Shown piece after piece: positions 14,998-28,870 of a DNA stretch of 64,000 nucleotides. The stretch lies in NCBI GenBank assembly GCA_040954595.2, contig CM082580.2, positions 3,958,783 to 4,022,782 of the forward strand. Reading direction: 5' to 3'. How positions within the stretch are numbered: position 1 is the first letter of the stretch; each line of letters begins with the position of its first letter. A program made the translations under genes and the position numbers. The stretch is from Balanoglossus misakiensis. Taxonomy: Eukaryota > Animalia > Hemichordata. Below the pieces are notes generated by a model. The model saw only the letters and a program-made list of their open reading frames with translations. It had not been told where the DNA came from and made no database searches.

Positions 14998-17900
14998 ATG
15001 GTTCCAACACTGAGATGTCTTCGCCTGACTGTTCATTTTGCCTCACTGGTATTTTTGTTGCTCTACGTCATATTGTGTTATCGTTGCTGTCTGGTGACTC
15101 GAAGGCCACGGGAAATGCCGTTTCCAAGCGTCGCTGTTGTCATTGAAGAAAAAGATTACTGTGAGTCGTCTTTCCATTTCCAGGTTTAGGCCCAGGCCTA
15201 CGACTTTATTTGTACCGCCCTTTTCCAAACCGTCTTAACCACGTCAAATACTACGCCTCCGTCTTATCCAGCAGCACTTTAGAAAGTTTAGAAATTCTGC
15301 GGTCATAAGAAAAGAAAACTTCGGATATGTGGGCCACGGAAAATTGACCCATTCCACAGCGCTTTATTCCGAAAAATTAATTCTGTATAATTAGTTTCCA
15401 TTCCTAATTTTATCAAGTCTACATGCCCTATAGGAGGTCATTTATACCTGGCGTGTCAACCCGTAATTACTCAAATAAACACCAAATTTCTGATAGATAA
15501 TTATCTCTGTCACGTTAATTTCACATTACGTATTTCAGGTTTTTTTATAGTATATAATCTAGGCTTCGTCAATTCCAATGACCATTACTACTTTTTCAGC
15601 GGTCCAAAATACTACCGTGTATATGAGGACGGGAAACAACACACGACCAGGCGGAGAAATAGTGGTCGGCTCAGAAACCAACTATTCACTGCTAAATGCA
15701 CAACCTCGTATTCTCAGATATATATGGAATGATTGGTGTGGAGAAACATCCAGTGATCTGTTCACGCATCCACTTTATCCAAGTCTACCAAACGTAAGTG
15801 TTTCCAATTATAACATGACGTATCGATACTTCGAAGTGTTGGATTTAGTCTCGTCAAAAACCCACCTCAACTTCAATGCACGCGTGAGGTCAAACGTTAT
15901 TGCATTTATCAGATCCAATATCAGAGTTCAATACTATACCACCTGTTGATTCAGCTATGCGTCGACGGTGTACATGTTTCCTCGATTAGTGGATCCAAAT
16001 GCAACTTCCAACAGCCAATGCAAATTTCCCAATGACTTGTTGTGCCAAGCTGTTCTTGATTCGCCAGGCGAGGCTGTATGCAGGTGCACATCTATGCCCA
16101 GGTGGTCGTTGTTCGACCATCGACCAATCAGTCTCTCTCTCTTTGTCTCTCTTTCTGTCTCTCTCCCCCCTCTCTCCCCTCTCTGCCCCCTCTCTCTGAA
16201 TGCTTAATTACAACACCGTTCAAATTTCATCGCAATATACTTGCAGATGCGAACCTCGCTGCCTACTTTCCGCTCATCTGTGCCTGATAGCTGGTATGGC
16301 GAAATGCTGTTCGGGTATCTTCGTGTGCCAGTTTCGGGTGCGTATATACATGTACACTTGTATTATGTGCTGCTAGATTACTATATCATATATCGATAAC
16401 GGTCATACATTGAGTGTACTGACCACTAAAAGAAACACTGTGTTACATTCGCAGGAATATACATCATCTCATTAAGTGGAGATGACGCAATAGAATTAAG
16501 GATTGGCGAAACTTCGTTCACCGGCCTGCAGCGAACACCAACCAAAGTGAACACGGCAAGTGAATGTTTAACTATACGCACCAACTGAAATCATCTGAAT
16601 ATGTGATGTTTTGCAATTGAGAGCAGCGTGGATAAATAGCAAAACACATGGGTCATAAATTTAATAAAATAAAATAAAATTATACTTCAGTTTTATTCGT
16701 TTATTTTATTTTATTAAATTCACGATGATTCGTGATGGTATGATCACCAAATCAAACGTTTCGCTCATACTGGGTAATTAACCCTTTTATCCGAGAGTAA
16801 ACATGAGATTTCGATTTTTAATTTTGCAGTCAGAAAACTTGGAAATAATAATCAGGCAAAATAATTCTAGACCTGTAAGGTAAGTTTTCTTATGTATAAT
16901 ACCACGCGCATAGCTAAAATTGATGCAATTATTGTCCATTTATTCCGCGATCCAGTCAAATTCAGACCAATTTCCCTTCTTGCATTAATTGTCCAGGTTA
17001 ACAGAGAGAGTCTTGTATTGTGTACAAGCAATTCACATGCACAAATCGGGACCAGGCTTGCTTGAAGTAAAGGTATGGTTTATACGTTATAATACACCAT
17101 ACTATAGAAAAACTAATTTAAAAAAGAAAAGAAAAAACACACGTTAACTTCAGATAATCTCAACAGCGCGTTTGTATACACGAATTAAACATAGCATGCA
17201 CAAATAGACATATTACTGTTATAATTCAACAGCATCCGGACGATTCTTGTCGCAAGCGGACTACTGCCCAGTGCGTATATCGGTGTCGCCTTTCAAAGAT
17301 TTGCCCTATGAGTATGATAACCACTTATACCGTGTAAATAATTTTATTAAATTACACGGAGATCATAATTATGCAGTTCTGCTGTTTTTTCGCCAGTGGC
17401 TCAAACCCGACAGCGACCATTTGGAGCTGCTCGATAACAGTTTCTTTGTTACCATGGGTGACGGTGAAGGTAAGAATTTCCTTCAACCAGCTTTAAATTT
17501 AATGAAGTTCCTTGTTGTAAAGAGCAGGTCACTTGTATTTGTATACCAAATCATGTTTCTTAAGACTGCATTTCTGGTGAAAGTGTGATTTATGGGAAAT
17601 TTGGAGAATAATGTTACATGTATTATATAACACGAACAAGTTTGGTATTTTGCGATGAGATTTAAATAGCCTATGTGGATTGGACTTTTGGAGAAAAAAA
17701 ACATAATTTAATCAGTTGCTTGTTTATACTCTGTTTTCCCACAATGTATTTTACCACATGGGAGATTGTATTCCGCGATATATACTTAAAGTCATCGTTT
17801 TTCTTTTTCCCAGAATACTTGGCGCAAGAAATGGCATCTGCGTTGATTTCCAACAGACCATTCTTTCACCAAAATAATGTACAGCGGTTTACCTTTGCAA

Positions 17901-20807
17901 CTGGTCAGTACCTTGTAAGCATCATTAGTCTATAACTGTTGGCTAATTCGCCATTTGATCTGCGGATCAACTCTATAAAGTATGTTGGAACAGCCAGTAT
18001 TTAGAATAGTTGGAGTTGACATCACACGCCAAGAATTACTATATTATTGTTGTAGGACGAAAGGCTTCTGCAGGTAATGTCATTGCCATGGAGACTTGTG
18101 AAAAGTTTGAATATCGAGTTCGGAGAATGGTGAAAAGATTTGATGGACATAAACAGGTTAGTTATGCTGCTATAAGTTTGAATTGATTTGATTTGGTGCG
18201 GTCACGTACGTGTTAGTGTGATGCCTTTGTTTGGTGGTGCGAATCTCGGACGTATACATTTGATGTCAAACAAAGAGAAAATGTTTCTTTTTGTCTGTGA
18301 TTAAAAGTATAACATGAATTATTTTGCTCGAGATATATGCTCAAATCCACTCTCGACTGCAGGTGTTAAGACTGAGAAAACAATATGGAGAAGTTTGTAT
18401 GGTTCATATGGAAAAGTAACATTTTCGAAGTACATTTTATCACCACAAAGTTAGAGAACGTCCATCATCATCATGACTAAGAAAGATTACATGTTTAAAA
18501 TTGAACATTGATTGACGCTTAAGATGCACGAATTCGTCAACGTGGACGAAATTGTGAATGCTTGTTCAGAAGATTTTCACAAGGAAATCATCGAAACATC
18601 CCTTGTTGCCTTTAAATACCGTTATTGTGTTTCAGGTCAAATACAGCGGCGTGTATCCTGATGACAACACTAAATTATACAACACTAAGAAACGAAACAC
18701 AGAAAGCAATAGAATTCTTTCTCACAAGACATACCAGAAATTGATAGATTCTATACGGACGTACATGAAGAGGTAATGATTGTTCTCGTAATTGACACGA
18801 TATATTAAAGCTCCATTAGCTGTAACTTTTCGCTATGTTTTCAGCATTTTTGTGTGTTTCTACTGCAGTTTCTTGTTCAAATCCCTAACGCATATACATG
18901 TTCCGATACATGCACCATTAAAGCCATATTTCTCATCAAAGAGAACAAAGAACTAGGCACGCCTACAAAATAAATGTTCATAAGGCTTAGTATTTGAATA
19001 CCCTCAATTCACCATATCAACACAGCCAGTAGTATTGTTATTCTGCAAAATTTGATTTCATTTGTCAACAATAACAATGACCGTTACACACTTGTCCATT
19101 TAACGGATGTTTGATTCGTACCAACAGAGATTTCAGCATAAAGGCAGTGATAAACGTAGAAGAGATGACAGATCGAAATGCTCGGAAACTATATCTGGTA
19201 GATCTGGTGAGACACATACTATACTCTATACTAGTTAATGCAGAGTCTGGTAAACGCATATATACCCTGGATCTATGAGTGATGTCACTGTACGTAGATA
19301 ACACTTAAATATGTAAAACACGTGTATGGTGAAAGTTGTTGGTGCAGTGGGACCTTTTTGTACAAGACATTCCATTCCACTAACTTGGCTTTGTGATAGC
19401 AACATTTGCATATATCCTGCATTATATCGAATCTTCTTTTAGGACATTGCAGGTGGGAATCATACTAATTATACGAGAACAGACAGTACTGGCATTTCCG
19501 ATTACGTCATGTTTCGTTCGAATGAAGGAGATTTGTGTCGTCCGAGCGGCTATATGTTGAATCATCGGCGTATGGTCCACGTGATGGTCACCGTCAGTAA
19601 CCTTGGCCCGTGGATACAGTATTTCATCAAAGAGATGGAAGCGGTAAGGAAGTCGGTTTCTATGGTTACCGTAAAATACGCGTTAGGCACAAAACTCGGA
19701 AGTCTTTTAAACGTTTCTGTCATCTCCAAGCTTGTTAAGAATCGTTCTAGAAACTACAAAATGGATACGGGTTCACACATTATTTTTACAAGAAACTCAA
19801 TCGGTCTGGATACATATACTCTACACCATTATTTATAAAGCCATATTTTCTCATCAAAGAGAACTAGGCACGCCCACAACCATATATATGTTCATAAGGC
19901 TTAGCATCTGAACTTCACTTTGATGTGACTAGCACATCCGAAACACTGACTGAAAATAAAGCTAAAAGTTACCGCGCGGCCAATGCCCATTTAACAATCG
20001 CACCAGTATCCTGACAACTTGCGCACACTATGAAATGCAATCGGACTTCACAGGGAAATCTTTGATGGCGCTATCATCTGAATCTCGTGACTTTCCATTC
20101 CGTTTCAGTTATACAGAGCAGCTGGTGACCAATATTTTCGCATAACTGTTGTTGATTTTGGCAGTGTGGATGTCAACATTACATCGGTTGTCAACAAATC
20201 ACTGTTGGCAGACAGGTATGCACCTCAAATAGGTAGTTCATCTCATATTGTGTATGTCAGCTGGTTGTGATGGAAATGATATATATATGTCAAAGAATCT
20301 GTGATAGCATTGTGAGCACATATGAGTATTGGGACATTGATAGAAGACATTTATCGAGCATTGTAACAAGTCAGTCTACAAGGAAGGAAGGTAGGAAGGA
20401 AGGAAGAACAATTATTTTTTCTTATCGACCATTAAACCTGCTTTGGAATCATTTTCAGGATATCTGTCATACAAATGGGCGAGAAATTTGTGAAGACTCT
20501 TGGGTATCAGAAAGGGGCTGAACTGATCGAGGTACGTATTGACCAGTTTATCAACTTTGAAACACCTCAGGATATCTGTTGACAGTTGATTAAGACCTGC
20601 AATCATTGTTTGACAACATCTTAAAATGTATCTTGCATGTATCTTTGTATAATAACTCTTATCACTGCCGATAGCAATAAAAGCATTAGGCTCCCTACAC
20701 AATTCACAACCATGCACATGTACAAGTGTAGAGTCGCAAGTAAAGCAAAGAAACCCTCTATATGTTGCTGTGACTCTTCTGTACAAAGGAGAAAATAAAT
20801 AAAAAAA

Positions 20808-20890
<83 letters not shown>

Positions 20891-22449
20891 CAACAACAAC
20901 ATGGATTTGCTTTTCCACTCAAGTTTCATTCAAGTTAGCAATCTTCAATTGTTGTTATTTTTTCCATTTTTATAGTTCAGCTCTGACTTGTCTGAAATTT
21001 CGCCTTATTTCAGAATCCATCCGACATCATATTTCTGTGTGACCTGCATTTGGAAATTCCAATCGATATGATTGACAGAATTCGCAAGGTATGCATTTAA
21101 AAAGTTACAGTTCATTTGACCATCTCTCTCTTTGGTTGATACAGCGAGACACTTTCCTGTCTGTATATTGTATACGAGTCCTCCATTTATTTCTTGTAAA
21201 CGGAGGGGAGCGTTTAAAATGTAGAAAAAATGACAAAATATTTTCTCAAGGGTATCTGCTGATCTGGTCTTACTTACAATATACTCAAAAACTAATCAAC
21301 ATCAAGACACAGATACTAGAACAGTTCTAAAGAATATTGTGATATGCATTCAAATCAATTCGTATACTTGGTGTTACAGCACGTGATCAGATCCAAGATG
21401 GTGTATGCACCTGTTGTGGCCAAACTTGAATGTGGACGGTCGTCATACAACCCCAAAGGTATGCATTCTCTCCTTGGTCAGTATAGTCTCTTAATGTTGA
21501 TTTTGGAAGGTGAACAGATGCATGTGGTTTTCAAACATTGTGCTTTGGAAATTGCTCCGAGAAATAATTTGAGAAATCCATCAGCGTTGATCAGATAATC
21601 ATTTATCACGCCCGCAATTCCAATTTTATTACATGTAATTGTATAGTGTGTGGCGAGAGAGAGCCATGATCCAACCAATGGAGATCTTCAGCTTGTACTG
21701 TCTACCGATGCTGTGATGGTGTCGTAGGGACTCTGCATGAAAGCCAATCTTCGAACCAGTTCATCATTATTTGACAGATGCCTGTAGGCCTACCATTTTC
21801 TTCTGGTCCAAATTGTGTGTAGTGCGCCCTCAGAACTATGATTCTTTCTTCCCAACACACACGACAGGATTATGGGATGTGAATGGATACGGCCTGTTGG
21901 GGATCACGAAATTTGACTGGGATAAAATTGGAGGGATGAATACCGAAGATTTTGCGGACAAATGGGGCGGCGAAGATTGGGAACTGATAGACAGGCAAGT
22001 AGTTTATGTGTCGCCCTCCATCGTCTTGAAGAACCAGTCATTTTGTTTTTATTCATTCGCACAGTTGAGACTTGTACATGTACATGCGTACCCACCTAAA
22101 GAACAACCCACGTATTAAGTAATTGGATCTTTCCTAAAAAAAAAGTAGATGATGGTTTATACTTGTATATTTGATTAGTACATTGATAATCAAAAATCAA
22201 TGTGCACAAAACATCTAACATAACTCCCGTTTTTTAATACATGTACTTTTTTTGAGTTTGGCACAAGTGTAGTTGACACAAAATATGAAGTTACTGTTCC
22301 ATTACCTTGTCTCCTGTTGGTTCACACACAGGATTGTTGGAGCTGGTCTACAAGTTGCAAGACACAAAGTGCCTTACCTCTATCATTACCATCACAGCAA
22401 GAAGGGAATGTGGAAAGGTGGAAAACACAAAATGACAGACATCATCTGA
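14998..22449 (+). CDS. Beta-1,4-N-acetylgalactosaminyltransferase 3/4-like (type II membrane; PA14 + glycosyltransferase), 18 exons, ~644 aa
   Basis: Exons 14998-15160 (signal-anchor [15 protein letters not shown]), 15600-15793 (WNDWCG..HPLYP), 16247-16337 (YGEMLFGYL), 16455-16555, 16830-16879, 16997-17072, 17397-17469, 17814-17903, 18056-18156, 18636-18772 (VYPDDNT), 19128-19206 (VINVEE), 19443-19643, 20109-20215, 20459-20531, 21014-21088 (IIFLCDLH), 21380-21458, 21868-21994 ([22 protein letters not shown]), 22332-22449 ([11 protein letters not shown]..stop). Motifs match vertebrate B4GALNT3/4 as I recall them; 1935 nt in frame. Confidence 0.92.
20793..20890. repeat. (TAAA)n microsatellite
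   Basis: Direct reading. Confidence 0.95.
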
Positions 22450-23930
22450 CGAGGGCAAAATGGAGTGTTTTTTATAGAAATTTTGTTTTTAATTTGTTAA
22501 CAATTACATTCAATGCTTTCTTTTAAAAATCCCAAAGTTTACCAGGAACGAAACCATGCCACTTAGTAGCTGAAATGCAGATTGGTTATTCTTGGAAGAA
22601 ATTTCATCCTAACCCAAAGACGTATATTTTTTTTCTCCGACAATACCATGAACAGCCAGTTTGAATTGTTATCAAACCTTGGGCTCTTTCTGTATGCATT
22701 TGTATGATTTAAAGTCCATATACAACATTATTCAATTTAGTACGTGTTGCTGGCATCAAAGAAATACCGTGGTGCTGGTTTGGCCGCTGTTGCTACTTTT
22801 TTTAATTTTGTAGTAAACATCTGTTTGAAGATATACAAAACAGAATAAGTTCATCAAGTTCTCCTTAAATTGTACTTGTAATTACTGAAAAGGACATTCA
22901 GTGAAATGAGGAAATTTGATGTTAGATGAAATATCTTTTAATAAAAAAAATGTTGCTTCATTGTTGATAGATTTCCAGAAAGTGAGATTTCAGTTGCCCG
23001 AAACATACATCGAAAAAAGGCAATAGTTTGTATCATGTATAAAATTACATTTTATTTGGTAAAAAACGGTGTGTTAAATCCAATGTAAATTTGCATGGTA
23101 AAATTATACAAATTAATAAAAATAAGGCCACAGCCAGGAAAACTACAAATGCAGTCGTCTGCTTTGTTGCTATCAAGCATGATGGTTTGCTCTCAAGTTT
23201 ACACAATCTGTTCATTATCACGAGGACAAATGCAAAAGTCAAGGAACAAACACAGTGAGTTGAAGTATTTTACAGATTAAGAATATCACTTACTAAATAT
23301 TTCTTTACAAAACAGGATACCAAGAGTTATATATACTATAACTTAGAGTGAAAATACCGTCATGGGTTGATGCTTTGAGAAAATACTTTGACTTGTGTGT
23401 GCCACTGCGTTTAACCTCTCCCCCCTCCCCCTGCCTTATATAGAGGTCCAGCAATGCTATTGAGAACAATTGAGTTGGACCAAACCATTGTGGTGAAAGG
23501 GTTAATGACCGCTTGACTGGCTTGAAGTTCTTGATAAATACACATGTGAAACTATTTATCTCCCCTTCCTAAAGCAGCGAACAATTTTTGTTGTATTATC
23601 CAAAAGTCAAATTTTTTGACTTTCAGAACAAAAGTCAGACCGGAAAAAAATTGTACGAGTACTGCACTGGAATTCTAAATATAATACAAATTCACGATTA
23701 CACATTTCAAATATATGAAAATCAGAAATTTATGAATAAGCTGCCTCTGTGCCAACAGCAAATACTGATACATGTATTTATAATTTTTTACAGTCCATTT
23801 CTGCTGGATCGCTATACAGTGTACTTTGCAAAAAGTCTTTTTGTTTTTATTATATAAACTCCACATTTTCCGTATTGTGCGTAAATTTGCCATGCGCGAT
23901 ATAATTATCAAAGTTTGATTCCATCTGGGT

Positions 23931-26602
23931 TTACATTTTGTTGTATATAAGGAAGTCTTTGAGATTATGCCAGACATTGGAATCATCATAGAGATATGTC
24001 ATTGAGGACTGCAAGGATGGTTGTAGCACATCTCTGTGGTATTCAAACTGCCAAAGTACAATTCCCCAGACGAGAGCTGCAAACCACGGAAAAACGTCCG
24101 TCTTTGGTTTCTTGATGACATTTTTCTTAACTCCCAGGTTGACCATTCCAAAGAGGATTCTTGAAAGAAGATACATGTTAATCTGGAAAAAAATGACAAA
24201 AGTTAAAACAGTAGAGCCAAAAAGTGTACAATTTAATATTGAAATGAAATAATGAATTAAATGTACTGTACTATTGAGTGTTTCTTATTGGAAGCCATGT
24301 CCTTTTTGCAGGAAGTGTATCCTATCCCAGAAGTCAAACTGCAACTGTTATCACAGAATAAATAACACATAAATAACACAGCTTGGTAACTCTCTAGACG
24401 TTAGCCAGTTTCAGTACAGATGCAATTTGACACCTGTGATAAGTTACAGACACATTGATGGGACCCTCCAAGTAGAAATGCCTGAAGTTCTCTTGTTACA
24501 TTGTAACGCATTTAAATACAAGATGATTCTCCTACACTGTTCTCTGTGCCACTGGTGTAAGGGATTGTAGGTTTTTGTTTGTGTGAAAATTATGAATTTG
24601 GGGGCAAATTTTAGTATCAACATATTTTGCCTAGATGCATCAAGAACCGAGACTGAATACGACGATCATCTGCAATATGCAATGTGGGAACAGTGCACAC
24701 AAAGACCCAAGAAAAACACACAAAAACTTGTGATTTATTTACCTGTTTATTGACTGGATTGCCTTCTCCGAACACCCAATAACCACCAATGAATGCAGCA
24801 ATGAACGAATGATAGTGTTTTTTCTGGCTTTCCAACCACTTCAATAATGCTGTCAGCAGTTTGTAGGTGAATACAAATTTGGCGAGGTTTGTCGAATGTT
24901 GATATGTCATCATGGCTATTGCACGCATCTTTTCAAAGAAACTGTAAAACAATTGACACGGAAAAAAATGTTCCTTGCTGTTAGAAATCTTCAATTTCAA
25001 CTCGAAACAAAAACATCTAAATATTTTCCTGAGAAAGTTGGCATGACTACAGAACCTGAAATAATTTCAAGATCATGGGAAAGTTGGATAAAACATCTGT
25101 AGCATATGTAATAGTTCTGTTAATTTTCTGTGTAAACAATACTTTCTCTGAAATCTGCTGAATAGGCCAATTTCATGACCCCCTAAGCAACCTTTGCATC
25201 CTTTCCATCTTCTTGGTATGACTTTACTATTTTGAGTTTAACCATACCTATTAAATACATCCTTTTCACCTACCTTCCATCTCTGAACAGGAATGTCATA
25301 ATAAGAGCATGGGGCGCTCGAATTTTAACACCATATCTATAAAAAAAAGGAGAACAAAATTTCTTCAGTAAAATTTAAATAACTTTATGTCAAATATGGA
25401 GAGGAAATATAGTAAAATTTCATTAAAAATGTAAATAATGTAAATTATATAATTATTTGTGGGAGTTTGTTAAACTGTTACTCAGATAATCATCTCATTA
25501 CACAAGGACACCAACAGAGATGGTCACATAGGTGACCTTTGGACTGTCATCTGATCCCATGATCCTCGTCACAAAGTCCAATGAACTCTATCACTTAGAA
25601 AAGTTTTAACTTACCACAGTAGAATACACACAGTTCAAGTTATTTATCTTATGTGCAATCTTTGATGAGGGAATTCTACATGTGTCACATCAGTTCATTC
25701 ACTAAGACCATGGGCCATTTTAATGGCTATAATCACATGATTACTGTTCTAATGTGCGGCATAAAAAACACCATGAATGACCATATAGCTGCAGTATCAT
25801 AGCTCATAGTTTTGTCTGGTGTTGTCCGATCACAACACCAGGCAAAATCTTGAACTGGTTTCATTCATTTGTTCGTTTGTTCTTTCATTCATTCATTCGT
25901 TCATTCATTCACTCTCTCTCACCCATTCATTCACTAGAGTCAGAGATATCAATTAGACTCTTTCACAACCCATAGTTTGCTCTTAGTATAACTCCTGATT
26001 CTCTGAAAACTTAATTGGAGAGGACTGCAGTAACTTGAGCCAGGGACTTGAGCCCCCGGATTGAGCCAGCACGGAGACCTGTTTAAAGACACTGCATCCA
26101 TTTGGAATCAGGCTGTGAATGAATACATGTTGTATTTGGTTGTCAGTATTAACCTAGCTGCAATAATTGTAGCTCTTGTAAGATATCGTCAAAATGTCAA
26201 AAAAAGGCCTAGATATCGTCAAAATGCCAAAAGAAGGCGGAAAACGCTACAGTTACTGCAGTTAGTATTAACCAATCTGCTTTTACGTCCCCTGAACAAG
26301 TCACCAGCTGCTGGCAGTGATTTCGTGCCCCCCCCCCCCCAACTCGAACTCGCAAGCGACTGTGACCCCCCCCCCCCCCCCCGTAATGTGCGGATCACCG
26401 CCGCGGGATGGTCAAAAACGTGACCCCAAACCAATGGTGTTTTTGGGGAGCTCGTTAGCTGGCGTCTCGTGGCATACCCATGGTAGTGTCACTGGTGCCA
26501 TACTTACACTAAGCCATTCCTAAAACCTTTGACTATAGCAAGGACTTCCTTAAAACGCCCCGATGCCAGAAGGTGGTTTATCGCTGCCACGGTGGTCGCC
26601 AT
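23931..26602 (-). CDS. PXMP4: Peroxisomal membrane protein 4 (Tim17-family), 4 exons, ~202 aa
   Basis: Exons 26602-26508 (MATTVAAINHLL..VKGFRNGLV), 25336-25274 (YGVKIRAPHALIMTFLFRDG), 24941-24743 (..NLAKFVFTYK..AAFIGGYWVFGEGNPVNKQ), 24182-23931 (INMYLLSRILF..LWQFEYHRDVLQPSLQSSMTYLYDDSNVWH..stop). GT-AG introns, phases match. Confidence 0.96.
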
Positions 26603-26840
26603 TTTGGAGTGCGTTGGTTCGGTGCGACTTTTCTCGCAAATGATTTAGGGTGCTGAAGTCGCTATCACATTTCGTTTTTTCGGAATTGCGCAGTCTGAAA
26701 AAAATACCTTCCGGATCCCTATTTGAAAACATTTATAGACCTAGCCTAATATTGGTGAAGGAATTATAGCCTAATGAGAGATTAATAATGGCCTAACCGT
26801 ATGATGCCTCACACCTTTCCAAAAGTGAGTGATCAGTGTA

Positions 26841-27008
26841 AAATTCAGCTGAATTTTCAGGGGAAAAGCACAAATCTGTAAAAAAAAAAATCATCTGAAT
26901 TTGGGGGGAAAACAAATCTGTGAAAAATTCAGCTGAATTTTTCACAGGTTAGGCCTACACAATATCAGCTGAACATTTCATTCGAGAAAGAAAAGTTCAG
27001 CTGATTTT
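26841..27008. repeat. Minisatellite of palindromic AAATTCAGCTGAATTT-like units (~5)
   Basis: Units near 26841, 26889, 26926, 26962 and 26994. Confidence 0.7.
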
Positions 27009-28870
27009 TTAAAGAAAATATTTGAATATTTCCGGAAATGACTCTTAGTTTTAATTTTTTAGGTCACGGGGTGTGAATGAACTTGGGCCTAAAATACAAA
27101 TTATGATACGGTTGCATCAAGATGATGGCAACACTTATGTCCATTGCAGAAAATCTAAATTTAGATTCCGAAAATTGATCGAAAATTGCGAAGTTAGTTC
27201 GGAACGCTATGTGTTATGCAACCCAGTGATAACCTAGAAGAATTCGATGATATTTCCTTTTGTAACAGTGATCGGATCAGGACGTAAAGGGGATAAAATT
27301 CCAATAAAGATCAAATATTGTCCATTTATTAAGAACGAACTCATATAGAAATCTGACATATCAATAATCGACAACCTTCTTCTCGTAACAAACGGACCAC
27401 CAAGGCTGAAATAATGCAATATCAATTAGGCCTAAGTACACTTGAAATGTTTTGGGGCTCACGTGATATAACTGCGATTTATCAATTACAAGTATTGTTA
27501 CAGTATTATTGGACCATTTTGAGGAGACGTGTTTCAAGTGTTGTAATTTTTGGAAGCATTTTGTTTTACTGAAAGGGGTTTTCTGCGCGTAACGGTCGGG
27601 GTTCTTCGGACCGTAGGTCCTTTTGCACCAGACAATCTGCGCCACTCAATTCACTTTTCTCTATGATCGGGATGACATGTATGATGAGTCGGTAGAAGGG
27701 AAAATGAACTCGCAACAAGTTGCAAATCCAGTTTCCGTTTGCAAATATTAGACGTATTACGAACTTCAATACACACCTGATCCATCCTGCTGCAGTTTTG
27801 CAGCCCCATCCGACACTATACACTGTACATACTCCCCTTGGCGATTTTTATCAAGGGGAGTCGTCGGGCTACAAAACTGCAGCAGCAACCTGATCCCAAC
27901 CTCTAGATTTACTCGATATTTATGAAAGTGATTGCTTCATAGTGGTTTATTAGTGTTTTTTTTATAGGGGTTTGCTTTTTAAAACAACGTCTAAAAGCGA
28001 ATCTTTTTGTCACGAAATAGGCCTAGTTCAAGTGGCGAATTCCACTCACGGATCGGTGTACATTCCCTTTTTAATTATTTGGACGGTCGGTGCACCCTGG
28101 TTGAACCCTTATTTCCAGTCTTTGAAAATTCACAATTCGACAATAAAGAAAATGTGCAATGTGGAGTCGTTCCCTAACCAAACACTCATGATTTATAGGC
28201 TTGTGTGATGTGGCGTACTGCATCTGGGGCCTAATAACGCGTCCTTGTCGGCGAGAATGTACGTATGCTGTCGGGTAAATATTTGCATAACAATGCCTTT
28301 GAAGACGCAGACAGGTTCACACAAAACAATCGATTTTTAGACAAGAGGATCCGCTGCTCGCTGTGTCTCTGTTGGACACCGTGAATACACACGCAGATGC
28401 GGCCATGTGAGAGGAAACATTTTCATGAAACAGATGCAGCTGAAAATAGAGTGCCCAGTTGAAGGTATACCTGTGCTCTTGATCAGTGAGTGATCTCTAA
28501 GACGCTTGTTGGTTTTCTCGACCAGGAAGTGAAGATCATAATCTTCGGACATCCGCCTTTCGTTGAAGGAACCTTCCAGGGGAGACTACGGCAGCCGCCT
28601 TGTATATCATATTTAACGCGGAATTTATGGAATATGGAATATGGGCAATAATTAACCATTTCCGCATTCTACAAAAATAGCATCTGAGTTTTAACATCCA
28701 CTTGATCCAGTTTTGGTCATCGTGGAACGAGAATAACTTTTGGTCCACTGTGTCTATGTGTTGCGCAGTGCAGTTTTGGTGTAGGCGGTGAAACAAACGC
28801 CTTTTTCTTCTTTTTTCATCGAATTTTAATTGACTGCAAAACCACCGTGCCTGAACTTTCACCATCCAAG

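Noticed and set aside
20412-20929. ORFs with repeated IYLF
   Set aside because: Translation of the (TAAA)n microsatellite.
26061-26523. Proline/glycine-rich ORFs in PXMP4 intron 1
   Set aside because: Caused by poly-C tracts; no coding signature.
26841-27008. Spaced palindromic repeats resembling a CRISPR array
   Set aside because: Eukaryotic context, degenerate units, spacers similar to each other, no cas genes.
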